From Octopus vulgaris (lineage: Eukaryota), in assembly GCA_951406725.2 (NCBI GenBank), contig OX597820.1, positions 26,164,001 through 26,228,000 of the forward strand: DNA of 64,000 nucleotides, written 5' to 3'. Below are positions 53,439 through 64,000 of this stretch, piece by piece (positions within the stretch are counted from its first letter, which is position 1; each line of letters begins with the position of its first letter). The position numbers were made by a program, and so were the translations under genes. The notes beneath the pieces were generated by a model. The model made no database searches and was not told the origin of the DNA. It worked only from the letters and a program-made list of their open reading frames with translations.

Positions 53439-53757
53439 CCGTAAATCCTTGAGTATAACATGCAGGGGATTTTTTAGGGGGCTGTACCTCTGAAAAACTT
53501 AAACCTTTTGTATAATATGCACCCCTTTTCTAACTTGAGTCAAGGAGGTCTATGACTTCATTGCTCTCAGGCTTAGCTTAAGGTATTTTCATGCCTGACA
53601 TCACAAAATGAGTCTGTATAAACATTGCCGGACAGCAAATAGACTCGGACATTGCTTAGAAAATATTTTTCATTTTTAACCTCGTATATAGTACGCACTA
53701 GGGATTTTGACCTTTAAATTTTGGGGACAAATGCGGATTATACTCGAGGATTTACGG
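53439..53757. mobile_element. pogo/Tigger-type MITE, 319 bp, TA TSD
   Basis: ta|ccgtaaatccttgagtataa...ttatactcgaggatttacgg|ta; TIRs match 19/20. Confidence 0.92.
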
Positions 53758-53787
53758 TACTTTACCCCCACCCACTTTTTTTTTTTA

Positions 53788-53981
53788 CAGTATCTCCGTT
53801 GAAATACATTGCCTTAGTTTCAATTAATTTTGAAACTAATGGCAAATTTGGCAAAATAACCATATTATTATTACACTGATGTTTGGAATGTAAATTATAC
53901 AGTATTTTGATGAAAGGTTTTAAGTTGCTTTAAAATGGGAAGATTGTAACATAGAATGAGGGGCAATATCATAAGAGTTAA
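53788..53981. mobile_element. degenerate TTAA-type MITE (family 2 relative)
   Basis: tttcaattaattttgaaactaatggcaaatttggcaaaataac... ending agag|ttaa; parallels 7240-7398. Confidence 0.55.
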
Positions 53982-53989
53982 AGCCAACC

Positions 53990-54180
53990 ACCACGGCTTG
54001 TTTTTCTCCCAGTATGTACGCCACTACGTTTTGTCTTCCTGGAAAGAAAGCAGGTCAGTGCAGATAGGTTGTCCAACCATGGCCTCCTCCCCCTCTCTCT
54101 CAGGGACCACCTCATTCAAAAGTCGTCTTAACAGTGCACCCCTTCACCTTGCAAAAATTTCTATATTCCATGTGCTCTAA
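53990..54180 (-). pseudogene. possible RTE LINE ORF 3'-end remnant
   Basis: Minus-strand fragments RGRRPWLDNL and DLLSFQEDKT*WR resemble the RTE C-terminal RGR...W.D and DR..WR motifs. Confidence 0.4.
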
Positions 54181-54675
54181 TACTAGATAGCTGTTGATCC
54201 TGTACTGGGTTCACTCAGTCTTTTGACAGCATTTTTTTGGTGGGGGTGCAGTTTGGCCTACTAAGTCTCTCTCTAATAGCACTATCCATCAGGTTAGCCA
54301 AGTAAATAGTGTTGTTTACCTAATAGAAAGCTCTAGTTTAGTCACTGATGATCCAATCTTGTAACAGCTTGTATTCGATTACATCACCAGCAACACTTAA
54401 TGCAACCTGACACAGTGTTCTCTATATGTGTCCACTTGCATGTGCGCATGCACACACACACAGTTGCATCATACTGACAAACACTTCAGAATATCTGCTG
54501 AAGAATAGTCATCTTCATATAAAGTTAGTTGTATGATCTTTCACCTTGGTGGATGAGATACTTGCTCAAGAATGTCATAAACATGGTATGTTCATTCTGT
54601 ATAGCATGTATGTAAGTACATTAAGGACTATGTTGACAAAATCTGTTAATTCACTCAGGAACCAAACAAATTGAG

Positions 54676-54677
<2 letters not shown>

Positions 54678-54740
<63 letters not shown>
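54678..54740. repeat. (TG)n(GA)n microsatellite
   Basis: Directly visible. Confidence 0.95.
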
Positions 54741-54743
<3 letters not shown>

Positions 54744-55789
54744 GCTTGCAAATTCTTATAAATTCCAAATATCCAGAAGTTTTTAAAAAATGGCCAAGTA
54801 GTCTATGAACTAACCCTAAACAAACTGATGGTTTGAAAGAAGTTGTCTTTGTTTAGTGTTTGTTGTAGTGCTGTCTGTTCAACTGAAAGCATGTTGACTC
54901 TCTCTGCAAATATGAGAATGATGGATTAATCTGTGTAGAGAGTTAAGAGAATCTAGGAGAAAGTGGAGTGGGTTTGACATTAAAGCAATAAAGATAGTAA
55001 CTATTTATGTTTAGAATTAGAGTGATTGGAGCTCTTTTATTTTATCTCATTATTGAAAGAAGTAGTGGGAGAGACCACATGTAGAATAAAAAATACAGAG
55101 CACCATATTTATTACTTGTATATAAATCGTGGCTATTCCTTATCTTAACATAAGTCCATTAGTAATTCAGAGGTAAAACAGTTTTCAACAATGCTGAAAA
55201 TTGTGGACAGCTTTGTGAGATACACCTAAATATTTAGCCAGTTTTTGTAGTAGTTACTTCACTTTACTCTGGACAACATGACACTGAGCATTTAATAATA
55301 ACTTTGCTGCAGTACTCTGTTATCATTTCAGCTGCTTGTTATACTTCTGATTCTATTTTGTGCATGCATGCACTTAGTACTCTCTCTCTCTTATTAACCT
55401 TCTTGGAACTTCACTGACCTCACTACCATGTGGACATTACTCCCAAGAGAGGAAACTTTACATTCACTTCAATCAAATAAGATAACTGAATTTAATAATT
55501 TCTGCTATCAAACTGTGTACCCCAAACCCACTTCACTCCTCATGGATGTCTGTCTGTTCAAGCTTATGGAAATGTGTAAATAGTATATCCCGTCCTCAAA
55601 AAGAGCAAGTTCTCTGATTCTGCTCATTTCCAAAGTAGAATTGGAAAGTAGAACAGGCAGCAGGAATGGTAACATTAGAGTTCTTTGACATGGTTATTAT
55701 TATTTAACTTTCTAGTGTCATTCAGAAATGGAAACAGCTATAATGACCATCTCCTCTATTACTAAATATTTCTCCCTTCTCTGTGATCA

Positions 55790-56240
55790 TGGCTGTAAAG
55801 CCAGATCTATTGGAGGACTGCTATTTTGCATTTGAGAATTTACACGAACTTAGATGGAAATAAGTTATTTTATATATCAGCTATGTCTTCCTCTTAGCTA
55901 AGTTGCCTTTTTATGGGTTTCAACGAGTTTTTTTTCATCTCTTTCAGCTGAAGTTTTCTGACAGATAGAGACTTCATTAGGTGTTGATGGGTTTTTATTT
56001 GACTCTCACTCAATCGTGTTTTTCTTAGGGTTCACTTGTGCCACTGCCATCATTTCCTAAGTACATGAATTACCTTCCTACTGTAAACATCTATAACTAT
56101 ACATTCCTATGTAGGTGATGCTATTCTGTACTCCTTGACTGTTACATGCAACCAAAACACATCTTGCTTGATATGCAGTTACTTTTATGATTAGACAGCT
56201 TAAAAGCTTTCTGCAAGAACAAGCCAACCTCATCTAACAA
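55790..56240 (+). pseudogene. decayed LINE (CR1/L2/Jockey group) reverse transcriptase remnant
   Basis: Fragments in order: LLAKLPFYGF, SFLTDR, VDG, *GSL (QGS), YMNYLP (INDLP), SYVGDAILYS (YADD region). Confidence 0.55.
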
Positions 56241-56261
56241 CACCAAGACACTTCATGATGA

Positions 56262-56440
56262 GCATCATCATCCGTTGTCCTTGCTAGCATGGGTTGGACA
56301 GCTTGATCAGAGCTGGGGAGCTGCACCAAACTCCAGCCTGATGTGGAATTTTTTCTAAGGCTGAATGCCTTTCCTAACACCAACCACTTTACAGAGTGCG
56401 CAGGGCACTTTTACGTGGTGCTGCACTGATGCTTTTACCT
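56262..56440 (-). mobile_element. SINE family C
   Basis: (cat)n...tgctagcatgggttggac...tgcctttcctaacaccaaccactttacagagtg. Confidence 0.8.
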
Positions 56441-56621
56441 ATTTAGGGCTAGATAATACTTAAAAACATTTGCTGGCTCACCACAAGGCATAGTATCTCT
56501 CATATTAGAGTACAGCTCATGTAACAGCGATGATGCAGCTGTTACACAAACCTTTATAGACTGCATCTAGAAACAAAGCATTTGAGGCATCTGTTTTATA
56601 TGTAAACTTTATCCACCTTAC

Positions 56622-56947
56622 ACTCTTTTACTTGTTTCAGTCATTTGACTGTGGCCATGTTGGAGCACCACCTTTAGTCGAACACATCGACCTCAGGATT
56701 TATTCTTTGTAAGAATAGTACGTATTCTGTTGGTTTCTTTTGCCGAACTGCTAAGTTACAGGGACATAAACACACCAACATCTATGTACAACGGGCTACT
56801 TTCAGTCTCCGTCTACCAAATCCACTCACAAAGCTTTGGTTGGTGCGAGGCTATAGAAGACACTTGCCCAAGGTGCCACGCAGTGGGACTGTACCCGGAG
56901 CCATGTGGTTGGGAAGCAAGCTTCTTAACACAAACCAACCAGTGCCC
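56622..56947 (-). mobile_element. SINE family A, tail type 1
   Basis: Blocks nearly identical to 37917-38282 (tcagtcatttgactgtggccatg, gacacttgcccaaggtgccacgcagtgggactg). Confidence 0.92.
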
Positions 56948-57509
56948 TATGCCCTTCATGTGCCTCTTTTATCATTATTACAATGGTTCTTGCTCTCCTG
57001 AATTAGTATGTGATCTATCATCCACTGCTTCTATCTGCCCTTTCCTTGACTTATCTTTTCTACTCTCACCCCACCTTGAAACTGTACACTACACGTCTCC
57101 CTGTTGTCCAGAATTACATTCTACTGACTATCCATCACTGCTCTGTAGAAACCCAAGCTGAGTAATAGCCTCTCCAACTTGGCAGAACCTGTGGTCACTG
57201 CAACTCTTCCTTGGTTTTAAGTAACATATTTGCACATGCACACACTTTATTTTAAGCCAAGGAGTGTGAGTGCATGTGCACACACACACACACACACTCA
57301 AACTCTCCCTTTCTCTTTCTCCCATCTCCTTCCCCACTCTCTGATATGTCATAAAAAAAAAAATCTGATGAGAAGCAGTTTTCCGATAAGGAATGATACA
57401 GCACTAGATCTCTTTTTAAACATTATCCCATCTTATATGATAATCCTTTATCCTCCTCAACTCTGAAAAGAAATAATTTGCCTGATATTAAATATTATTG
57501 TTTGTAAAA

Positions 57510-57710
57510 TAGAGATGGCCAAGACATTGGAGCATCAGACTAAGTGCATTGGATTTTTTTTTTTTTTTGTTATTCTTGGATCTGCATTCAAACCTTGCTG
57601 GGATTGATTTTAGCTTCATCCCTCCTGGTAGGGGCAGGGTCAATAAAAATATGTGCTGAGGTCAATGTAGTTGACTCAACTTCAACAATTGATTTTATAC
57701 CCTTGTAAGG
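57510..57710 (+). mobile_element. SINE family B, degenerate
   Basis: cattcaaaccttgctgggattgattttagcttcatcc...ggtcaataaaaa...gaggtcaatgtagttgact. Confidence 0.55.
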
Positions 57711-58764
57711 GATGGTAGCAGCAGCAGCAGTTCCTGCTACTGCTGTAGAATGTATGGATTAATAACCATTTTTGTTGCGTTTCTATGTTACTCTTTGTTG
57801 GAGCAGGGGAACATAAAACAAAAGGTTAAGAATAAGAACTCTTAGTTTGTATGGCTTAGATTTATTTATAAGCTAGCTTCGCTTCTCATAATATGTTTTA
57901 TCTTTGTCGTGACATCAACGATTGGGTATTCGCTATAGCTTTCTACATCTTCTAGCCTTTTACTTTATTTCTTTACCATTCAATTATATCAGTAAATGCA
58001 CATGCTCAAATAGACATTTTACCCATTGCTTCTCTTTTTCCCTCTTTCTTAACTTCTCTACATATGACTTTTTAAAGCTTGTAAGCATGACATACATTTT
58101 GTCTGGGATAAATGTAGCTTAGTCAGTCATCATTATTGCTTATAATGATGATGTACTTTGGTTTTTCTTGTTGCAAAAGGAATGTAATATTTTTTTTACT
58201 TAGTTAATCCAGCATTTACAGGGTGCTTATTTTATCGATTCCTTCATTATGGAGTGAAATATGGTGCTCCTGCCTTGTCGCCACTTACCAGATCTAAAAA
58301 CACAAGCCAATAAGAAAACCTTTTCACAGTTGCTTGACCTACTAAAAATGGCAGCCAAATCTCCCTAAGATCATTCTATATTATCTTTAAAGAAAAGAAA
58401 AACAGATGCATTGACTAATCCTGGATGTACAAAAAGACAAGATTAGTCAAGGTGGAACAATTTTTTATCATAAATCTGCTCAAGCAGAGCTAACTATGAA
58501 CTAAACAGCAACTCTCATTTTGGTAAATGTTACATTTATCTAATCTTCTTCACCCATTTATTCCTGGAGGGTTGTGAGAGCAATATCCTCAAATATGCCT
58601 TCCATCAGGTCAGAAGCAGCTGTCTCCAATTAATCTGCCTGGATCTCTAAGCAAGACCAACTGAGCTCATGGATGTTATCCAGTTATCTTGTTTGCTTCT
58701 GCCCCTGGGTGAAATAATTTGTTTTATGTTTGTTTCTTGCATGCTAGTATGGATCAGACAAATA

Positions 58765-60000
58765 TTCGGTCATCCCATAAATAATATGGTTTTTTTAATT
58801 GCATAAACTAAAAGTGGGTGGGCAGGGGACAAACTACTTGCATCAACTTGCTATAAAAGCAGGCAGTAATTTTACCATGTCCTTATTCTTAATTCAAGTT
58901 TTAAAGAATGCAGTTCGTTTTTAAGTTATTTTTTTTCAAAGCTATAATGGAAGTGACAAAGGAGCATATTTGGCATATTGTGTTTTATGAGTTCAGTAAA
59001 GGCAACAACGCAACAGAAAGCATGAGGAATATTAATGCAGTATATGAGGATTGGACAATAAGCATGAACCAGTGTCAACAGTGGTTCCAGAAATTCCAAG
59101 TTGGAAACTACAGCCTAGAACATGAGCCTTGTCCTGGAAGATCTGTAGAGCTTGATAAGGACGTCCTGCAAACCCTGATGGAACAAAATCCCATTGTTGA
59201 AGGGATAGCAGAGCAACCATTCATCGACACCTGCATGCCATCGGAAAAGTCTGCAAATTGGGTCGTTGGGTTTCTCTAAAACTTTCCGAGTCTAATTGCT
59301 TGCAGAGAGTGAATGTGTGCTCTTCTTTGCTGTCACGTCTCATGACTGAAGCTTTTTGGGATCAAATAGTGACTGGTGACGAGAAATGGGTTCTCTATAA
59401 AAATGTCGAGCACCGAAGACAGTGAGTAGGAATGGAGAAGCATCAGCACCCAAGGCTAAAGAAGGTCTTCACCCACATAAGGTGTTGTTATCTGTTTGTT
59501 GGGATATGAAAGGTTTAGTCCACTTGGAACTTTTAAACCCAAACCAAACAATAACAAAGATCTACTGTGAGCAGCTTAAGTTTGTGCTACAAGAAAAACG
59601 ATCATCTTTGGTTTCAAGATGTAAGTTTTCTTCCATCAGGATAATGCTCAGCCACATACAGTGAGGATGTCATTCCAAAGGCTGGAGTACTTTAAATGGG
59701 AAATGATGCCCCACCCACCGTATTCGTCAGACATTGCCCCATGTGATTACCATTTATTCTGCAGTCTTCAAAATCATTTAGACAGAAAAAAATATGAATT
59801 CTATAGACGAGGTCAGAACAGTACTGGAGGAGTATTTTTCATCACGGACATGGGAATTTTTAAAGAGGGGCCTCAAAGTCTACCAGATAGATAGAAGACC
59901 ATTGTAGAAAATGAAGGGGAGTATATTTTAGATTAAAAATCTTAATTTTGGAAAATAAAAGAAGTATAAAAAAAACTGAATTATTTATGGGATAACCCAA
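58765..60000 (+). mobile_element. full-length mariner (D,D34D) DNA transposon, 1236 bp, inactive
   Basis: TA TSDs at 58763-58764 and 60001-60002. Left TIR ttcggtcatcccataaataat; reverse complement of right end ttgggttatcccataaataat. Confidence 0.95.
58947..59936 (+). pseudogene. mariner transposase pseudogene (frameshifts and stops)
   Basis: MEVTKEHIWHIVFYEF..., GRWVSLKL (WVPHEL-like), IVTGDEKWVLY, FHQDNAQPH with 34 residues to the D of YSSDIAPCDY (D34D), ending EGEYILD*. Confidence 0.95.
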
Positions 60001-60002
60001 TA

Positions 60003-60275
60003 TATTATTGAGGCATTGTTTTACAACCAGATGCTCTTTCAGTCACTAACCCTTACCTGTTTTCTAAGTAAGGGTTCTTTTTATTTCACATGTCTTCAAA
60101 TGTGCAATGCAAGCCAGTAATATCTTGACAGGAAAAGTAACACCACCACCACTTATAGCTCATGACTTTCATAGAATGCGAATGTAAACACAGAAAACAC
60201 ACTTCTTTCAGTTTCTGTCTACCAAACTCACAAGGCTTTGGTCAGCTCTATGCTTTAGTGGAAGATACTTGCCCT
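60003..60275 (-). mobile_element. SINE family A tail-2 copy split by the mariner (other part at about 58730-58762)
   Basis: catgctagtatggatcagacaa | mariner | ttattgaggcattgttttacaaccagatgctc rejoin into the family tail; head block ttctttcagtttctgtctaccaaa at about 60203. Confidence 0.75.
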
Positions 60276-60409
60276 ATGTTTATATGTGTAAGGGACCTCA
60301 TCAAATCTGCAAGCACTCTATACATTCTATCTATACTTCCTACTGGCCATTTATAATAGTATCAACATCTATTTTCATCATTTTTGCTCTCCATCAGTTT
60401 TCTTTAGTC

Positions 60410-60670
60410 CTGATGCCATGATAAAAAGCAACTAGTACACTGTGTTAAGTGTGGAAGTTGCCACATCTTCAACAAGACCTTTAGTCTTGTTGAATATGTG
60501 GCAACTTCTCTAATGCTAAGTGCCATGAGAAAGTGTGCCCGCTATACTCAGTAAGGTGGTTGGTGTAGAAACCAAGCCAGAAATGAACCTTACAAATGAG
60601 ATTTCCCCTGAGAGCAACAGTTACCTGTCCAACTCCTGCCAGCATAGAAAGCAGATGTAAGTGGGTGATG
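60410..60670 (+). mobile_element. SINE family C (two partial copies around a 25-bp hairpin)
   Basis: tgccatga.aaa block at about 60414 and 60521; tail tgccagcatagaaagcagatgtaa. Confidence 0.7.
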
Positions 60671-61461
60671 GTGGCAATACACACATATACTTGGAAAGAG
60701 AGAGAAAGAAAAATGTTTATGGAAAAGTGCCGTCTGATACTGTCATTCAGTTTATCTTTACTACTTTCCTTTTGTTATGGTTTGTCTTCCACTGAATTGC
60801 TTTCCTTACATACGAAGCAGTAGCAGTTGTAGTTGTTATTCTGGGAGGTGACTTGTATTACTTAGAGAGGAAAATTGCTGGCGGCTGGTGGATCAATCTT
60901 ATTGTAAGTAATGCAGGCCATCTTCAGAAAATGGATGCTTTATACTGCGTTCAGCTTGGTGCATCAGGATGTATTCGTGTCCTACCACATTCAATAACTG
61001 TTATCAGTTGAAAGCTCACTAAAACATACCCATATAATACTGTGACTAAGTCTATTGATTTCATTTCTTTCTTTACTGAAGAGTTTGTGTAGTTAATTTT
61101 GAAGCAGGTTTAAAAATAATTAAAATATTTTTTGATAAAGATTACAAGAGCTCTACTTCAAGATTTTTGTTTTTTTTTTCTTGTATCAAGGATAAATTAG
61201 TCTCCTTCCAGCTATGTTCTTTGGATGATTTAAGGAAAATACTGCAAGTTGTTCACCCTAGTTCATACTGATTAAGCAGACCTATGATCAAAGGTGTTCT
61301 AACTGTAACCATTTTGTCTTGTATCTAGGTATTACATGATGATGTAGTTCCTAATGTTTTTTTTTTTGCAAGTAATAGGGTATGATTTGATAGAGTTTGG
61401 CTGTTGTTTCTACCTTGTAAAAACAACCACAAAATATGCTATCTTGCTTATTCAACTGTGC

Positions 61462-61655
61462 ATCACTCTATAAAGTGGTTGGTGCTATGAAGGGTATCTA
61501 GCTGTAGACACTAAGGCCAAATGCTATGTACAAGACCATGACTTGATCCTTGGCTAATAATCTAGGACAGTAACTCCAAATAGAAACTAGCTCAGAATGC
61601 GATAACCTTTCCAACCCATGCCAGCATGGACAACGGTCACAAAAAGGTTGATGAT
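61462..61655 (+). mobile_element. SINE family C
   Basis: cactctataaagtggttggtg...ccaacccatgccagcatggacaacgg. Confidence 0.75.
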
Positions 61656-62161
61656 AAAAGTAATGAATGAATCAATGAGAGTTAAGTGTTTTAGCCATTG
61701 ATAAAGTGCAGAACTATTGATATAGTATGAACCATGAAAACAACTGACTTGGCTATTGGCATATGTGATGATGACTGCTTTAAAAAGTGGGTTTTGTTGA
61801 GTTTTTTTGTTTGCTTTTTTTTTTAGTTGACTGATATTTAAATGTTAATTCTAATTTAAGAATATTTGTATTCATTATATTTTCATCGATAGTTTTGTTA
61901 TTATTATTATTAATATTATGTTTATTTTAATTTAGCCTGTTTCATATCAGTTGCTTTAATCAGAATGATTAATAGTTGAAAATGTTATTCAAATTTTTAT
62001 GAATTCACATCGCTGCTGAAATTTCTTTCTAAAAAAATCCCCCCAAAAAACTCCCGTTTTATTTTTAATTTTGTTCAAAACTATTTTGAAATAAATTTTA
62101 ATGTTAATGGTGTCATCTTTATTTATTTTTCCCTCTCTCTTTTTTCTCTTTTCTTTTTAAG

Positions 62162-62256
62162 GATGAGGTCGTTGTTGAGAGCACAGAGTCGTCATCGCCG
62201 GTGGTACAGCAGTCAGTGCCGGCATCATCATCATCATCTACTTCATCATCTACATC

Positions 62257-62291
<35 letters not shown>

Positions 62292-62471
62292 TATCACCCC
62301 CAACACCACCACCACAACAACAGCAAACAAACCCTACAGTTGATTGTAGGGAACTGCAGGTGGATGAGGTAGCATTGCTGTCTTCTGGTGCTACCATCAT
62401 TAAAGATGGTGAGACTCCAGAAATGGCACTGCTGAAGGCAGCTATTGGGAAGGACAAGAAGAAAGACAAAG
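62162..62471 (+). CDS. internal coding exon of an unidentified gene (Ser-rich low-complexity region, then ...DGETPEMALLKAAIGKDKKKDK)
   Basis: Long polypyrimidine tract with AG at 62160-62161; 310-nt open frame DEVVVESTESSSPVVQQSVPAS...; GC and CpG content rise sharply; donor AAG|GTGATT at 62472. Phase 0 in, phase 1 out. Confidence 0.75.
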
Positions 62472-62519
62472 GTGATTATCATCATCATCATTATTTATTT
62501 ATTTATTTATTTATTTTTT

Positions 62520-62665
62520 GAGGTGGCAAACTAGCAGAATCATTACAACGCCAGAAAAAAATGCTTTGGGGCATTTCTTCCAATTTACATTTTGAGTTCA
62601 CATGCTGCATGAGTCAACTTTGCTCTGGCCTTATGCCAAAATTTGAAATTTATTATTATTATTTA
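62520..62665 (+). mobile_element. SINE family B, internally deleted
   Basis: gaggtggcaaactagcagaatcattac...tgagttcac...gtcaactttgc...ggccttatgccaaaatttgaa followed by (tta)n. Confidence 0.8.
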
Positions 62666-63191
62666 TTTAATTATTTCAATTTCTTAAATTTGATATTTGA
62701 TGGGTTAACCTTAAAATAGAGAAATTAAACGCAATCCTATGGAATCTGACCTTTCGATAGATTTTCTTCCATATTTCATACATTCTGTACATGATATCTG
62801 TATTTTACTCTGCAAGAAGGCTTGTTTTCAAACCATTTATTCCCAATTTATTGTTCTGATAATCCATACAAATATTGATACCATGTTTAGCGTGGGCAAC
62901 AATGGTTATCCTTCCAGAAAACATGCATACGTAAACAAACACCTAACTATTGACAAACCTGATAATGGCACCTCACTGTTTGTGCTTCTTTTGTATTTCG
63001 TTCAGTCTCCCTTTCCCTCTCGTCCTCTTTTATTTATTGTAAAGAATGTCGCATAAACATTGGTTTATTTCACAATTTGATTTCAATGTGAATCTATTGT
63101 ACATGTTATGTACACATACAAACATACGTAAACACACAAACCTCCCACAACCCCCGCTCCACCCCTGCTACTGCTCTTACATTATTCTAGA

Positions 63192-63581
63192 CTAGCAGTA
63201 TCGCCTGGCATTGATCGAGTTTGTTTCGACCCTTTAGAATTGGAATTTTTGAAAAATAAAAATTTTGCATTATGTAGCTTGTTATTCTCTTTAAGTGAGC
63301 ATTTTTCTGGTTGAAAAACACCGAAAAATGGCGACACAGCAGTAAAAAAATTGCAAAAAATAGGGATTTCCATAGAAAAAAAAGCACCTTTTTGATGTAG
63401 ATAATTTTTGGTGTTAACATGGTCCGATTTGAATTTTTTCTTCTACGGAAGGAAGAGCGAGCCTTCTATCATACTCTCAATTTTGGTCAACTTGTGCCGC
63501 AGGGTCTCGGAGGAGATAGTGTTAGTTGAAGGCTACCAAACCTGCCATACACAGACAACTTCAGCTTTATATATAGAGAGA
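63192..63581 (-). mobile_element. non-autonomous Helitron-like element, 390 bp
   Basis: Minus strand begins A|TCtctctatatataaag and ends ...gatactgCTAG|T, with a degenerate subterminal hairpin (cctggcattgatcgag, about 63204-63219). No TSD; CpG-rich relative to background. Confidence 0.75.
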
Positions 63582-64000
63582 TTAGCTAATGTTGAGCAAC
63601 ATAAATTTAGTCTGGACATGCTACTGTTAGGAAATTTGAAAACAAAACTATATATCTATTCTTTTAATTCTCATACTGGTTTTAGGTATTGATCTTTGGT
63701 TAAGCTCGGGCACTGTCTCTAATGGTTTCAGTTGATTATATTCTCGTTGCACTCAATATCTTTCCTAGTGCTTATTTTGATAGTGTTAGAAATAAAAAAG
63801 GTATGTGATCTGAGATGTCAAGGGAGATAACTCAGCTAGACCTAACTAGCTCAAGGTATATTTGTTTGCTGTACCGGTTTTGTTCATTCAGCAGTCAAGG
63901 GGTGTGAGAGAAAGAGAGACGTGGGGGCATCCTGTAATAATAATAATTATAGATAAACCAGATATTATTATAAAAGATCAGACAAAAAAAGGTGTGTTTA

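Noticed and set aside
48687-53757. Two MITEs both exactly 319 bp long
   Set aside because: Different TIRs, TSD types and internal sequence; coincidence.
62119-62491. Poly-Asp and poly-Met (minus strand) and poly-His (plus strand) ORFs over the exon
   Set aside because: Alternative readings of the same (TCA)n repeat. The splice signals and the only frame open through to the donor favour the + strand poly-Ser frame.

Overview
AT-rich, CpG-depleted eukaryotic DNA. The repeat families and microsatellite load resemble a cephalopod (octopus-like) genome; this is an inference. There is no prokaryotic gene content, and nearly all ORF-track entries are noise. The window looks like one very large intron or intergenic stretch with a single convincing + strand coding exon near its end (62162-62471, Ser-rich, gene not recognised) and a few weak alternative first-exon candidates. 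Identifiable elements are: a full-length dead mariner (D,D34D; 58765-60000), a decayed hAT/Charlie-SPIN-like element (~29940-31694), hAT, pogo, piggyBac-like (TTAA) and Helitron non-autonomous elements with recognisable ends, CR1-like and RTE LINE remnants, Penelope-like tails, several SINE families (one head with two different tails) and a decayed tRNA-Phe. The most notable structures are a ~105-bp inverted repeat enclosing 2.1 kb, a SINE tail shared with a LINE 3' end in the same window, nested insertions giving a relative chronology, and a 25-bp hairpin. SINE family labels A-D are my own working names. No novel multi-gene system can be supported from this sequence alone.
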